From Bacteroidota bacterium (GTDB lineage: Bacteria > Bacteroidota > Bacteroidia > AKYH767-A > OLB10), in assembly GCA_046302815.1 (NCBI GenBank), contig JBKCHO010000014.1, positions 6,530-70,529 of the forward strand: a stretch of 64,000 bases of DNA, read 5' to 3'. Below the pieces are notes generated by a model, which made no database searches, was not told the DNA's origin, and saw only the letters and a program-made list of their open reading frames with translations. Below are positions 1 through 8,467 of this stretch, piece after piece. The position numbers were made by a program, and so were the translations under genes. How positions within the stretch are numbered: the stretch's first letter is position 1; the number at the start of each line of letters is the position of its first letter.

Positions 1-471
1 CCATCCTTCAATTTGGCTATAAGCCAATCAGGACCCACGCTCATATCCCAACAACCAACTGGTCCATACCAATGGATCAATTGTGCCACAGGCCAGCCTA
101 TGCCCGGAGCAACTGGACAGTTCTTTACGGCTACGGCCAATGGACAATATGCGGCCGTGCTAACTCAAGGAGGTTGTAGTGATACTTCCGTTTGCGTAAC
201 TGTAACAGGAATCAGCACAGGGTTGATGGAGAGTGAGCAACCATTACTTTCAATAATGCCTATGCCGTTTGATGACCAACTGACAATATCGATTCAAGAC
301 GGAAAATCGGCTCAACTTCTCATCAGCGATCTATCAGGAAGAGTCGTAATAAGGGATTTTGAAGTCGTTGGAGGTGAAACCAAAACCATTTCTACAGAAA
401 AACTAGGAAGCGGTATTTATCTGTTGCGCTCGGTAGATGGAACTATACGGCTGAAAGTAATCCGCAAATAG
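1..471 (+). CDS. T9SS type A sorting (CTD) domain protein, C-terminal fragment; 5' end lies outside the window
   Basis: Frame is open from base 1. It has a Cys-containing Ig-like segment followed by a typical CTD (PMPFDDQLTI...ISDLSGRVV...LGSGIYLL...KVIRK). Confidence 0.8.
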   Translation, partial: PSFNLAISQSGPTLISQQPTGPYQWINCATGQPMPGATGQFFTATANGQYAAVLTQGGCSDTSVCVTVTGISTGLMESEQPLLSIMPMPFDDQLTISIQDGKSAQLLISDLSGRVVIRDFEVVGGETKTISTEKLGSGIYLLRSVDGTIRLKVIRK

Positions 472-504
472 CAACGACTTTCTTTTACAAAAGATTGGTC
501 AGTA

Positions 505-2466
505 TTACTTGTTCAACAAGTAACGCTTGATGAATTCTACTGTGGCATAAAACTGGAAGTCGACATTGTTTTTCTTCCTAAAACCATGCCCTTCATCTTT
601 TGCCTCTAGATACCATACTGGTTTGCCTGTGCTATTCAGGGTATTGAACATTTGTTCCGCTTCAGTTCGAGGAACTCTCGGATCGTTACCGCCTTGCACA
701 ATGAACAAAGGTTTGGAAATAGATGATGCATTGTTGTTAGGGGATATTTTTTCAAGGAAGGCATTCATTTTGGGATCACGCTCATCTCCATACTCCACCC
801 GTCGCAAATCACGACGATAATCCTCTGTATTTTTCAGGAATGTAACAAAGTTGGAAATGCCCACAACATCAATGGCGCATCGTATTTTATCTGCATACAT
901 AACAGAAACAGCAAGTGACATATAGCCGCCATAACTTCCACCCGTTACCATGATTCGATCTTTGTCGAGATCGGGTTGTGTGGAAATCCAATCAATTAAT
1001 GCGCCAATATCCTTAACGGAATTCTCTCTTAGATATCCATTGTCAAGCGTGACAAATTTTTTGCCGTAACCCGTAGATCCTCTAACATTGGGGTAAATGA
1101 TGGCGATGCCTAATTCCTCTAAAAAATAATTGTTTCGCCCTTGAAATCCAGGTCTCGATTGGGATTCTGGTCCACCATGTATATTAATAATAACGGGTCT
1201 CTTTCCAGTAAATTTAGAATTTGGACGATACAGAAAGCCGGATATTTCCAATCCATCAAAACTTTTCCATCGTATCAACTCTTCGTCCCTCAGGTTTGAA
1301 GCCACGATTCCTCCTAACTCGCTCTCAGTCCATCGCTCTACTTTAAATGTTTCAAAAGAATATGTGTATATATCTGAATTGTTGCTTGCCGAGGAGAATC
1401 CGAACACAAAGTCTTCACTTTTCGGCCTCCAAGATGCTCCGCCTATTTGCCCCTTTGGCAAGGATGTAATGGGCTGCCATGTAAGGTTGACAGTTTCGAG
1501 CACATAAACCTTTCCCAGTCCATCCTCGTTGGTAGTAAACAATATTCTAGTACCATCATCTTTCAAATCATATCCGGCCACATCCCACTTGATGTCGCTG
1601 GTCAGATAACGAATATCGGATCCATCCGCATTCATGCGCGCCAAACGCCTGTAATCGCTACCAAAATCCGTTATGAAAAAGATATGTTTGCCATCGATGC
1701 TGTATCGGGCAGATCCATTTACCACCTTTTCCTTTTTCGAAGAGGGTCCGATTTCTAACTTGGTTTTGGAAATCACATCATAAACATACAAATGACTCTC
1801 ATTAACCGATAGTCCTTCAGAGATCAATATTTTTTTCTCATCAGCAGACCAGTCGTTTATATTCCAGCCACCCCCTTTCACCTCCATCACCATTGATGCA
1901 GAAGCAGGATCCATTGGACGCATCATCCAGATATCGCGATCGGCTCCATTGCGTCTCGTGGAAGAAAATAAAATACGATCACCTGTCTTGTTCCATCGAA
2001 TATTTCCATTTTGAGAGCGACCGCCATCTGATATCAATGTGGTTCGACCGTCTGACAAATCATAACGGTACATTTGTGCAAACTCATTGCCGCCGACATC
2101 CCTGGTAAAGATGAAATAATTCCCGCTTGTTGGCTCAAAGGTGGCATTGGCAACAGGTTCTTCGAAAAAGGTGATTTGCGTGCGGGCACCCATGGGATTT
2201 TTCAAGTAATGCAATTGGGCCGTATTTCCAAATCTTGTCGTGATAAGCATTTCCCTACGAGTAGGATGCCAATCAACCGCTGAGGCGGATCTGGACTCTG
2301 TATATCGACGAACTTCGGTTGCTATTTCTGTAGAGAGCTCGGGGATATTTTTAACAATTAGATTGTCTCCAGGTCTAATGATAGCCGTCTTCTGAGCTTG
2401 GATAGAAGCGTTTACCAATAAGAACAATGAAGCCGTAACAAAAGGCTTAAATGGAATTGCTTTCAT
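505..2466 (-). CDS. S9 family (prolyl oligopeptidase/acylaminoacyl-peptidase-like) serine peptidase, secreted
   Basis: Signal peptide, beta-propeller region, IHGGPESQ, nucleophile GGSYGG, Asp in GGNDPRV and His in EGHGF. Confidence 0.9.
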   Translation of the reverse strand: MKAIPFKPFVTASLFLLVNASIQAQKTAIIRPGDNLIVKNIPELSTEIATEVRRYTESRSASAVDWHPTRREMLITTRFGNTAQLHYLKNPMGARTQITFFEEPVANATFEPTSGNYFIFTRDVGGNEFAQMYRYDLSDGRTTLISDGGRSQNGNIRWNKTGDRILFSSTRRNGADRDIWMMRPMDPASASMVMEVKGGGWNINDWSADEKKILISEGLSVNESHLYVYDVISKTKLEIGPSSKKEKVVNGSARYSIDGKHIFFITDFGSDYRRLARMNADGSDIRYLTSDIKWDVAGYDLKDDGTRILFTTNEDGLGKVYVLETVNLTWQPITSLPKGQIGGASWRPKSEDFVFGFSSASNNSDIYTYSFETFKVERWTESELGGIVASNLRDEELIRWKSFDGLEISGFLYRPNSKFTGKRPVIINIHGGPESQSRPGFQGRNNYFLEELGIAIIYPNVRGSTGYGKKFVTLDNGYLRENSVKDIGALIDWISTQPDLDKDRIMVTGGSYGGYMSLAVSVMYADKIRCAIDVVGISNFVTFLKNTEDYRRDLRRVEYGDERDPKMNAFLEKISPNNNASSISKPLFIVQGGNDPRVPRTEAEQMFNTLNSTGKPVWYLEAKDEGHGFRKKNNVDFQFYATVEFIKRYLLNK

Positions 2467-2586
2467 ATTATTATTTGAATTTTGAATATCATAAACATCA
2501 AAAATGTCATTTGGTTTTCCTTGCCGAGTGCCCTTAACGAGGTTTAATAAGTAACCGATTCCGAGTTGTCTTTAAAATCCCGAAAG

Positions 2587-3015
2587 TCATCTTAAACCCA
2601 ACAATAGGTTTTCCTGAGCTCTCATCCTTTGGCTCTGTTGTTTGGTCGTATCCTTTTCTCCACACAGATGCAGCAATCCATGTGCCATGACCCTATGCAA
2701 CTCTTCCTTGAAGGATGTGCCATAATCTTGGGTATTGGCTCTGACCCTTTCTATGCTGATGTACATTTCTCCATTGATTTTGGAGCTGTTTGAATCCCCA
2801 TCAGGGAAAGTGATTATATCTGTATTATAGTCGTGCGCAAGAAATTTCTTATTGATTTTCCGAAGAAAAGCATCATTGCAAAAAATATAAGTGATAGAGC
2901 CTATTCTTCTTTTTTTTGCCTTTGCACAAGCATGAAGCCAAAGCCTTACCTTTCCTTTGTCACGGAGCAGGAACTCCACCCCTTCGTTGAAGAATAAAAT
3001 AACCTCTTGCGTCAT
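2587..3015 (-). CDS. ybeY: rRNA maturation endoribonuclease YbeY
   Basis: HDYNTDIITF and the metal-binding motif HRVMAHGLLHLCG (HxxxHGxLHLxG). Confidence 0.93.
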   Translation of the reverse strand: MTQEVILFFNEGVEFLLRDKGKVRLWLHACAKAKKRRIGSITYIFCNDAFLRKINKKFLAHDYNTDIITFPDGDSNSSKINGEMYISIERVRANTQDYGTSFKEELHRVMAHGLLHLCGEKDTTKQQSQRMRAQENLLLGLR

Positions 3016-3016
3016 C

Positions 3017-3436
3017 CTAAATGGTGGCTATGACCTTCAGCTCTATGGCAATTGGGGTAGGAAGGCAATTGATTTCAACTGTAGTCCGACAAGGATTGGC
3101 ATCTTTGAAATATTCGGCATATAATCGGTTGTAAATGGCAAAGTCATCTTTCATGTTGGTCAGAAAGACCTGGACATCCACCATGTTTTCCCATTTGGAT
3201 CCGGCTTCCTCCAAAATGGCTTTTACATTTTTAAAAACCGAATGGCATTGCGCTTCTATGTCATAGGAAACAATGTTGCCTTTGTCATCGAGATTGACAC
3301 CTGGTATTTTCTTAGTGCCTCGCTCACGGGGACCTACACCCGATAAGAAAAGCAAATTCCCTACGCGACGGGCATGAGGATAAGCTCCTACAGGCTCTGG
3401 AGCCTTAGAGGAATTGATAGCTGAGTTATCTGACAT
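3017..3436 (-). CDS. RidA/YjgF family protein (2-aminomuconate deaminase-like)
   Basis: APEPVGAYPHARRVGNLLFLSG, NPCRTTVEI with the conserved Arg, and IELKVIA C-terminus. Confidence 0.88.
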   Translation of the reverse strand: MSDNSAINSSKAPEPVGAYPHARRVGNLLFLSGVGPRERGTKKIPGVNLDDKGNIVSYDIEAQCHSVFKNVKAILEEAGSKWENMVDVQVFLTNMKDDFAIYNRLYAEYFKDANPCRTTVEINCLPTPIAIELKVIATI

Positions 3437-3533
3437 ATACTTGGCTTTGAGATTACAAATCTAAACATTAGACCAAAAAAGTATGGGTAATTCGAAAGGG
3501 TTTGTACATTTGATTAGCAAACATTGAATTATT

Positions 3534-4730
3534 ATGAAAAAATTCATTTATGTAGCCCTTGCGTTCCTTTGCTTTTTGGGGTATTCCTGCAAAAAGTATG
3601 ACCCCATAGAGCCTGGCAACAATCCCATTCCACCGCCAGATCCACAAGAGGAAAAATTGCGGATGAACCAGATTCAAATTATTGCATCCCACAACAGCTA
3701 CCGGCAGATGACTACGGACACCGTTTTCGCCTTTCTTTTAACGGTTCAAGCTTTGATACCACCGCAATATGATCCAACAACTTTGGATTATGATCACTTG
3801 CCGATAGAAGTTCAGATGAGCCAGCATGGAGTAAGGGGACTGGAACTTGACATCTATAATGACCCGACTGGCACCGCATTCGCCGACCGATTTGCAAATT
3901 CTTATGTCGGCCTGCCGGTGGCATCCGGAATTCTAGAGTTGAGCCAACCAGGCATGAAACTGTTGCACATTAAGGATGTAGACTATAACAGCCTTTTCCC
4001 AACTTTTAAATTAGCCCTTCAAGCCATCAAATCGTGGTCGCAATCTAAACCGAACCATTTGCCCTTGTTTGTAAATGTTGAAACCAAGTCCGACTCGCCA
4101 GGAGATGACCCATTTCTACTTTCTCAAGGATTCACACCTGCCCCCAACTGGGATGCAGCTGCCGCTGAAGCCTTGGAACAGGAAGTACGGGATGTTTTTG
4201 GCCCCGATCTAAATGGATTATTCACTCCCGACATGCTTAGGGGACCTTACACCTCTTTAGAGGAAGCGGCCCTACAAGGAAATTGGCCGTTTCTTAATGA
4301 ATGCAGGGGTAAAATCGTATTTATTATGGAAGGGAACGCCGTGACTTTTTACAAACAAGGACATCCATCTTTAACCGGAAGGTCTATGTTTGTGTATGAT
4401 GAGCCCGGACAACCTGAAGCGGCTTTTGTTCTTCGAAATGACGCTAGATCCGATAGCACTCAAATAAGGAGCTTGGTGGAGGTTGGATACATGGTAAGAA
4501 CTAGGTGTGACGCAGGAACTATTGAAGCTAGATTGGGGGATTATTCGGGCATGTACGCCGCCTTCGCATCTGGTGCGCAAATACTATCCACCGACTATTA
4601 TCGACCAGATGCTCGAGCCGGACAACCTGGCTGGTCCAACTACCAAGTGAAGTTTCCCGGGGGATACATAGGACGAAAAAATCCAGTGAATGCAATTGAA
4701 ATCAATGCAGACGAGGGTTTAACAGACTGA
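3534..4730 (+). CDS. Lipoprotein of the PI-PLC-like phosphodiesterase family (Ca-dependent bacterial PI-PLC-like)
   Basis: Lipobox LGYSC, SHNSY, GVRGLELDI, LLHIKDVD, and SGAQILSTDY. Confidence 0.75.
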   Translation: MKKFIYVALAFLCFLGYSCKKYDPIEPGNNPIPPPDPQEEKLRMNQIQIIASHNSYRQMTTDTVFAFLLTVQALIPPQYDPTTLDYDHLPIEVQMSQHGVRGLELDIYNDPTGTAFADRFANSYVGLPVASGILELSQPGMKLLHIKDVDYNSLFPTFKLALQAIKSWSQSKPNHLPLFVNVETKSDSPGDDPFLLSQGFTPAPNWDAAAAEALEQEVRDVFGPDLNGLFTPDMLRGPYTSLEEAALQGNWPFLNECRGKIVFIMEGNAVTFYKQGHPSLTGRSMFVYDEPGQPEAAFVLRNDARSDSTQIRSLVEVGYMVRTRCDAGTIEARLGDYSGMYAAFASGAQILSTDYYRPDARAGQPGWSNYQVKFPGGYIGRKNPVNAIEINADEGLTD

Positions 4731-4753
4731 GCCACGAGTGGGTGCAACTTTTG

Positions 4754-4790
4754 AACAAACCCGGACCAAATGGTTCGGGTTTGTTATTTT
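4754..4790 (+). terminator. Intrinsic terminator after the PI-PLC-like gene
   Basis: Hairpin AACAAACCCGGACCA / TGGTTCGGGTTTGTT followed by ATTTT. Confidence 0.7.
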
Positions 4791-4835
4791 TGATATGTAA
4801 CTCAACACTTTAAAAGTGTCATATTCTGTCAATAC

Positions 4836-6443
4836 ATGGATTCCATAGTTTTCTTAGTAGCTGGAATGTTGTCCGGAGCGCTAATTGTTTTTTTCTACTT
4901 CAAAAGCAAATCGAACGGCGAGTCGATTCCTAAATCGGATTACCTGGAATTGGATCAACGATTCAGAGAGTTGGAACTTGCACATGCCAAATCCATTAGT
5001 GTGGATAAGGTGCAGAACGAATATGTTTCGAAAGAGCTGTACGAAAGCCTGAAGTCGAGCAGCGACCGGAACACATCCGAGCTGGATCTCTTGAAATCGG
5101 AATATTCTAAGCAACAACAGCAAATCGTACACCTAACTGGAGCTACCATGGATCGCCAAGAAGTGGAAGCCAAATTCATATTGAGAACCGCATATCAAGA
5201 GATACTGAACAAACTGCAAGAGAGAGAATCACTATTGAAGGAAAAAGAGGAAACTGTAATACAACTGAGCAAACAACTTACCTCGGCCCTTGAGAAGGAA
5301 ATCCATCTCAATGAAAAAATTGGCCTTTTCAATCAAGAACTGGAAAACCTCCGACAGCAATCGCAACAAATGTTCCGCAATCTTGCCGGTGAAATACTTG
5401 AAGAAAAGAAAAAGCTATTTGTGGATGAGAACAAAAAAGAGCTGGGAACCATTATGGATCCTCTGAAAACACAGCTGAACGATTTCCGCGAAAAAATCGA
5501 GTCGACTCGCCGGGAAGATATCAAAGACCTTACTACTTTGAAAGGTGAAATCGAATCCTTACAAAAGCTGAATACACAATTAAGTGAGGATGCGCGCAAG
5601 TTGGCTACGGCGCTGAAAGCAGATGTCAAGATGCAAGGCAATTGGGGAGAAGACAGGCTCCACATGATATTACAATCGGAAGGATTGGAGCGCTATATCG
5701 ACTACAACCGCGAAGCTCATGTATATGATGATGAGCAGGAGCGTAACCGCAGGCCTGATTTCGTACTCAATTTGCCTGAGGGCAGATGCCTGGTCATTGA
5801 CAGCAAGGTTTCATTGACCGCCTATGTGGAATACCATAATGCCGATACTCAAGAGAAGCGCCAGGCAGCCCTGCAAGCACACATTAAAAGCGTAACCGAT
5901 CATATTGAAAAACTTGGCGACAAGAACTATCATGCCTTGGCGAACATGAAAACACCCGACTATGTATTTATGTTCATGCCAGTTGAATCGGCTCTGACCT
6001 TAGTGCTTAATGAAAACCCTGATGTATTCAATAAGGCCTTGAACCGCAAAATCGTATTGATCACTCCAAATAATCTAGTAGCGACCCTTAAAGTCATCAA
6101 GCTGCTTTGGCAAAAAGAGAATCAAATCAAAAATGTAGATGAGATTTTCCGTCAGTGCGGAGCCCTTTACGACAAGTTTGTCGCTTTTTTGGAGCAAATG
6201 AACAAGATGTCGGAAGGTTTGGACACTGCCCGTTCAGCCTATAAAGCAGCTATGGATCATTTGTCAACCGGATCTAAAAAGGGCAGCACCATCATTGGCC
6301 GATTTGAAAACATAAGACAGCTGGAAGCCAAGGCCAACAAGAAGATGCCACCTAACTTCCTTAATGAAATCAGTTTGTTGCCTGATGACATCATAGATGG
6401 TGAAGCCCAGGACCTGACTGAATCAAGCCCACAAGATTCTTGA
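4836..6443 (+). CDS. rmuC: DNA recombination protein RmuC family
   Basis: N-terminal TM anchor, long coiled coil, QGNWGE, RPDFVLNLP..IDSKVSL (PD-(D/E)xK-like), and PDYVFMFMPVE. Confidence 0.88.
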   Translation: MDSIVFLVAGMLSGALIVFFYFKSKSNGESIPKSDYLELDQRFRELELAHAKSISVDKVQNEYVSKELYESLKSSSDRNTSELDLLKSEYSKQQQQIVHLTGATMDRQEVEAKFILRTAYQEILNKLQERESLLKEKEETVIQLSKQLTSALEKEIHLNEKIGLFNQELENLRQQSQQMFRNLAGEILEEKKKLFVDENKKELGTIMDPLKTQLNDFREKIESTRREDIKDLTTLKGEIESLQKLNTQLSEDARKLATALKADVKMQGNWGEDRLHMILQSEGLERYIDYNREAHVYDDEQERNRRPDFVLNLPEGRCLVIDSKVSLTAYVEYHNADTQEKRQAALQAHIKSVTDHIEKLGDKNYHALANMKTPDYVFMFMPVESALTLVLNENPDVFNKALNRKIVLITPNNLVATLKVIKLLWQKENQIKNVDEIFRQCGALYDKFVAFLEQMNKMSEGLDTARSAYKAAMDHLSTGSKKGSTIIGRFENIRQLEAKANKKMPPNFLNEISLLPDDIIDGEAQDLTESSPQDS

Positions 6444-6445
6444 TT

Positions 6446-6769
6446 TTATTTTCGAGCGATTGACTTGATGTTTTCGTAGGCGCATTTTACAGCATCAGCG
6501 AATAAACTCTTAGGTATGTTTGGAAAAATGAAAAGCGTCCATCCATAAGATCCGTTTTTATTGGGCACTTTATAAATGGCGTCAGGAAATAGGCTGCAAA
6601 AAACATCCTGGTCAATCATGCTCAGCCGCAAACAGGATCGGTTCTCCAATTCGTTTATAGTGGCAAACACACGACCTGACTTACGAAAGGTTCTGATGTG
6701 CCTGCGCCTCCCCTCCCGAACTTGCTGTAATTTCATGATGATATAGGCTGCTTGATCCTGATTAACCAT
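6446..6769 (-). CDS. MmcQ/YjbR family protein; probable start MVNQ at 6769
   Basis: TFRKSGRVFATINE, IDQDVFC and YKVPNKNGSYGWT resemble Bacteroidota YjbR-like proteins. Confidence 0.65.
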   Translation of the reverse strand: MVNQDQAAYIIMKLQQVREGRRRHIRTFRKSGRVFATINELENRSCLRLSMIDQDVFCSLFPDAIYKVPNKNGSYGWTLFIFPNIPKSLFADAVKCAYENIKSIARK

Positions 6770-6807
6770 CGTATTTTTATTTACTTTGCTGCAAAGAAAA
6801 TCCATCC

Positions 6808-6978
6808 ATGGCTAAAAACAAACAAGAGTGTCCGTCATGCGCCATGATGATCGACAACGGATTGGATGAATGTCCAATTTGCGGCTATGAGTTCCCTAAA
6901 CAGGCATCCAGCATCAAATGGGTTGCCATACTGCTTTTGGTGGTCATTGCCTTTTATTTCATTTTAAGGATTATTTAA
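6808..6978 (+). CDS. 56-aa zinc-ribbon (CxxC-x12-CxxC) protein with a C-terminal TM helix; missing from the ORF track
   Basis: Translated by hand: MAKNKQECPSCAMMIDNGLDECPICGYEFPKQASSIKWVAILLLVVIAFYFILRII*. Confidence 0.75.
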   Translation: MAKNKQECPSCAMMIDNGLDECPICGYEFPKQASSIKWVAILLLVVIAFYFILRII

Positions 6979-7017
6979 TCGTCCGACATTTTTTGTCAAA
7001 CTATTTTTTGAGTGCTT

Positions 7018-7048
7018 ATTGCTTTTTAAAAACCGTGATGTATATTTG
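7018..7048 (+). promoter_or_regulatory. Bacteroidota housekeeping promoter (-33/-7)
   Basis: TATATTTG at 7041-7048 matches TAnnTTTG. ATTG lies 19 nt upstream. The promoter sits directly before the riboswitch P1. Confidence 0.7.
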
Positions 7049-7051
7049 CAG

Positions 7052-7145
7052 CGCATTCCGAGTTTCCATGCTTCATTGCGTGGCGCCAACCGAGACGGAA
7101 CTACGGTGGTAAAATAATGCGGACCTGGCCAGGTCAAAAATTCCG
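7052..7145 (+). promoter_or_regulatory. SAM-I/IV-variant riboswitch aptamer (copy 1)
   Basis: P1 CGCATT(7052-57)/AATGCG(7116-21); J1/2 CCGAG; P2 CCATGC/GCGTGG; P3 CCAACCG/CGGTGG with the AA/U SAM-binding internal loop; no P4; P5 GACCT/AGGTC; PK2 between loop CGGAA(7096-7100) and TTCCG(7141-45). Confidence 0.82.
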
Positions 7146-7356
7146 GGAAATCCCCCGAATACTATCATTGTTCCGTCGCGTTTGCACCGACCTGGTGTGC
7201 ATTTGAATCATTTGTCTGTCACATTGATACAAAGATGTGATGGGCTTATCAAAATGCTCATGCTCATTTTGAACCCGCATCTTGTACACAAACAACGATG
7301 AATTAAAAATTTCAGTAATTATATTCTTAAGGAAGAACAACTAAAAACTCTGACAG

Positions 7357-7569
7357 ATGAAAAACGAAACGAAAAAAAAGAAAAAGATTTTATTCTTAGA
7401 CGAGACTAGGCCAATAAAGCCGTCAAGGACATACTCAGAAGTGATGCGTTCTTGGGATGAAGAATTGTTGTCATTAAATCTCATTACGCCGGGGCAATTA
7501 ATGAAGGAACCGCCGAGCCAACCAGACGATACGATAAAAGTAAAATTCATAAAAAAATCTAAAAAATAA
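7357..7569 (+). CDS. Hypothetical 70-aa Lys-rich protein (orfA), paralog of 8004..8216
   Basis: ATG start behind an A-rich leader. It aligns without gaps to 8004..8216 at ~43/70 identity by hand count, which supports coding status. Confidence 0.7.
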   Translation: MKNETKKKKKILFLDETRPIKPSRTYSEVMRSWDEELLSLNLITPGQLMKEPPSQPDDTIKVKFIKKSKK

Positions 7570-7616
7570 TAATGGCCACATAAATTAACTTATATAATCA
7601 TAAACCCAAAGAAAAA

Positions 7617-7943
7617 ATGAAAAATCACAAAGCAAAATCACAAAAGGTCCGTTCAGAAAAAGTAGATGACAAAAAATATAATTCCTCCAAGCAGGAAGCC
7701 TACATCGAATCCATCCTTCAAGTGTTGAAACAAAAAATGCTTGAATCTCAAGAACGAAAGTCCCAATTGCCCCTGTTTATCCGCAGCACGGAAGATATGA
7801 TGAAAATAATAAACGATAAGAAAGATAAGCAAAGGCATATCGTCCGCAATCAAGCAAACATTACTGCTTTTTTCCAAAAAAGGTCAGAAATGACTGCACG
7901 AACAAAAAAGGAACAAACTGATGAATCGTCAACGGAAATTTGA
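7617..7943 (+). CDS. Hypothetical 108-aa basic, probably helical protein (orfB)
   Basis: ATG behind an A-rich leader, co-oriented between the two paralogs. No recognisable motif. Confidence 0.55.
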   Translation: MKNHKAKSQKVRSEKVDDKKYNSSKQEAYIESILQVLKQKMLESQERKSQLPLFIRSTEDMMKIINDKKDKQRHIVRNQANITAFFQKRSEMTARTKKEQTDESSTEI

Positions 7944-8003
7944 AAGACATCAAATGCATTTCCTTTAAAAATAATTATCATACAAAATTAAAATCTGAAT
8001 AAA

Positions 8004-8216
8004 ATGAAAAACAAAATGAAGAAAAAGAAAAAGATTTTCTTTCACGACGCGACAAAACCGCCGAAACCGTCAAGGACATACTCAGAGGATATGCGTAAAT
8101 TAGATGAAATACTATTGTCTCTTAATCTTATTTCCCCAGAGAATTTAAAAAATCCGCCACCAGAAAACCATGACAATACCATAACGGTTACATTTATTCG
8201 ACGACCAACCAAGTAA
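8004..8216 (+). CDS. Hypothetical 70-aa Lys-rich protein (orfA'), paralog of 7357..7569
   Basis: Shares KKKKKI, KPSRTYSE.MR, LLSLNLI.P and D.TI.V.FI with orfA. Confidence 0.7.
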   Translation: MKNKMKKKKKIFFHDATKPPKPSRTYSEDMRKLDEILLSLNLISPENLKNPPPENHDNTITVTFIRRPTK

Positions 8217-8279
8217 ATCAGCTCTTGACCCTCTATCAGACCATGAAAAATGATTGAATCATAATACCCGAAAATAAAC

Positions 8280-8381
8280 CGCATCCAGAGTTCACTGCAT
8301 GTCAGTGATGCCAACCGGCCCAGTGCGCCCGGTGGAAAATTGATGCGCCATGGGATGTAAATCATCTCACCATGGAAGCGC
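8280..8381 (+). promoter_or_regulatory. SAM-I/IV-variant riboswitch aptamer (copy 2), upstream of metK
   Basis: P1 CGCATC(8280-85)/GATGCG(8342-47); J1/2 CAGAG; P2 TCACTG/CAGTGA; P3 CCAACCGG/CCGGTGG with the AA/U loop; P5 CCATGG-GATG..CATC-CCATGG; possible PK2 GCGC(8325-28)/GCGC(8378-81). Position upstream of metK is typical for SAM riboswitches. Confidence 0.88.
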
Positions 8382-8389
8382 CGTGCTAC

Positions 8390-8426
8390 AGCCCCTGTTC
8401 CGCGGAAGCCGGCAGGGGCTTCTTGT
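8390..8426 (+). terminator. Riboswitch-associated terminator hairpin before metK
   Basis: AGCCCCTG(8390-97)/CAGGGGCT(8413-20) followed by TCTTGT; imperfect U tract. Confidence 0.65.
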
Positions 8427-8467
8427 ATCTAAATCAAATCATAATAACAACCTAAAAACAAAGAACC

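Noticed and set aside
6918-7112. 64-aa ORF in the track overlapping the zinc-ribbon gene and riboswitch 1
   Set aside because: It overlaps a better-supported small gene, a promoter and a structured RNA, and has no protein motif.
7341-8365. Minus-strand ORFs 7341..7550 and 8042..8365 resemble each other (SEYVLDGF)
   Set aside because: They are antisense shadows of the duplicated plus-strand orfA and orfA'. The plus strand has proper starts, leaders and operon context.
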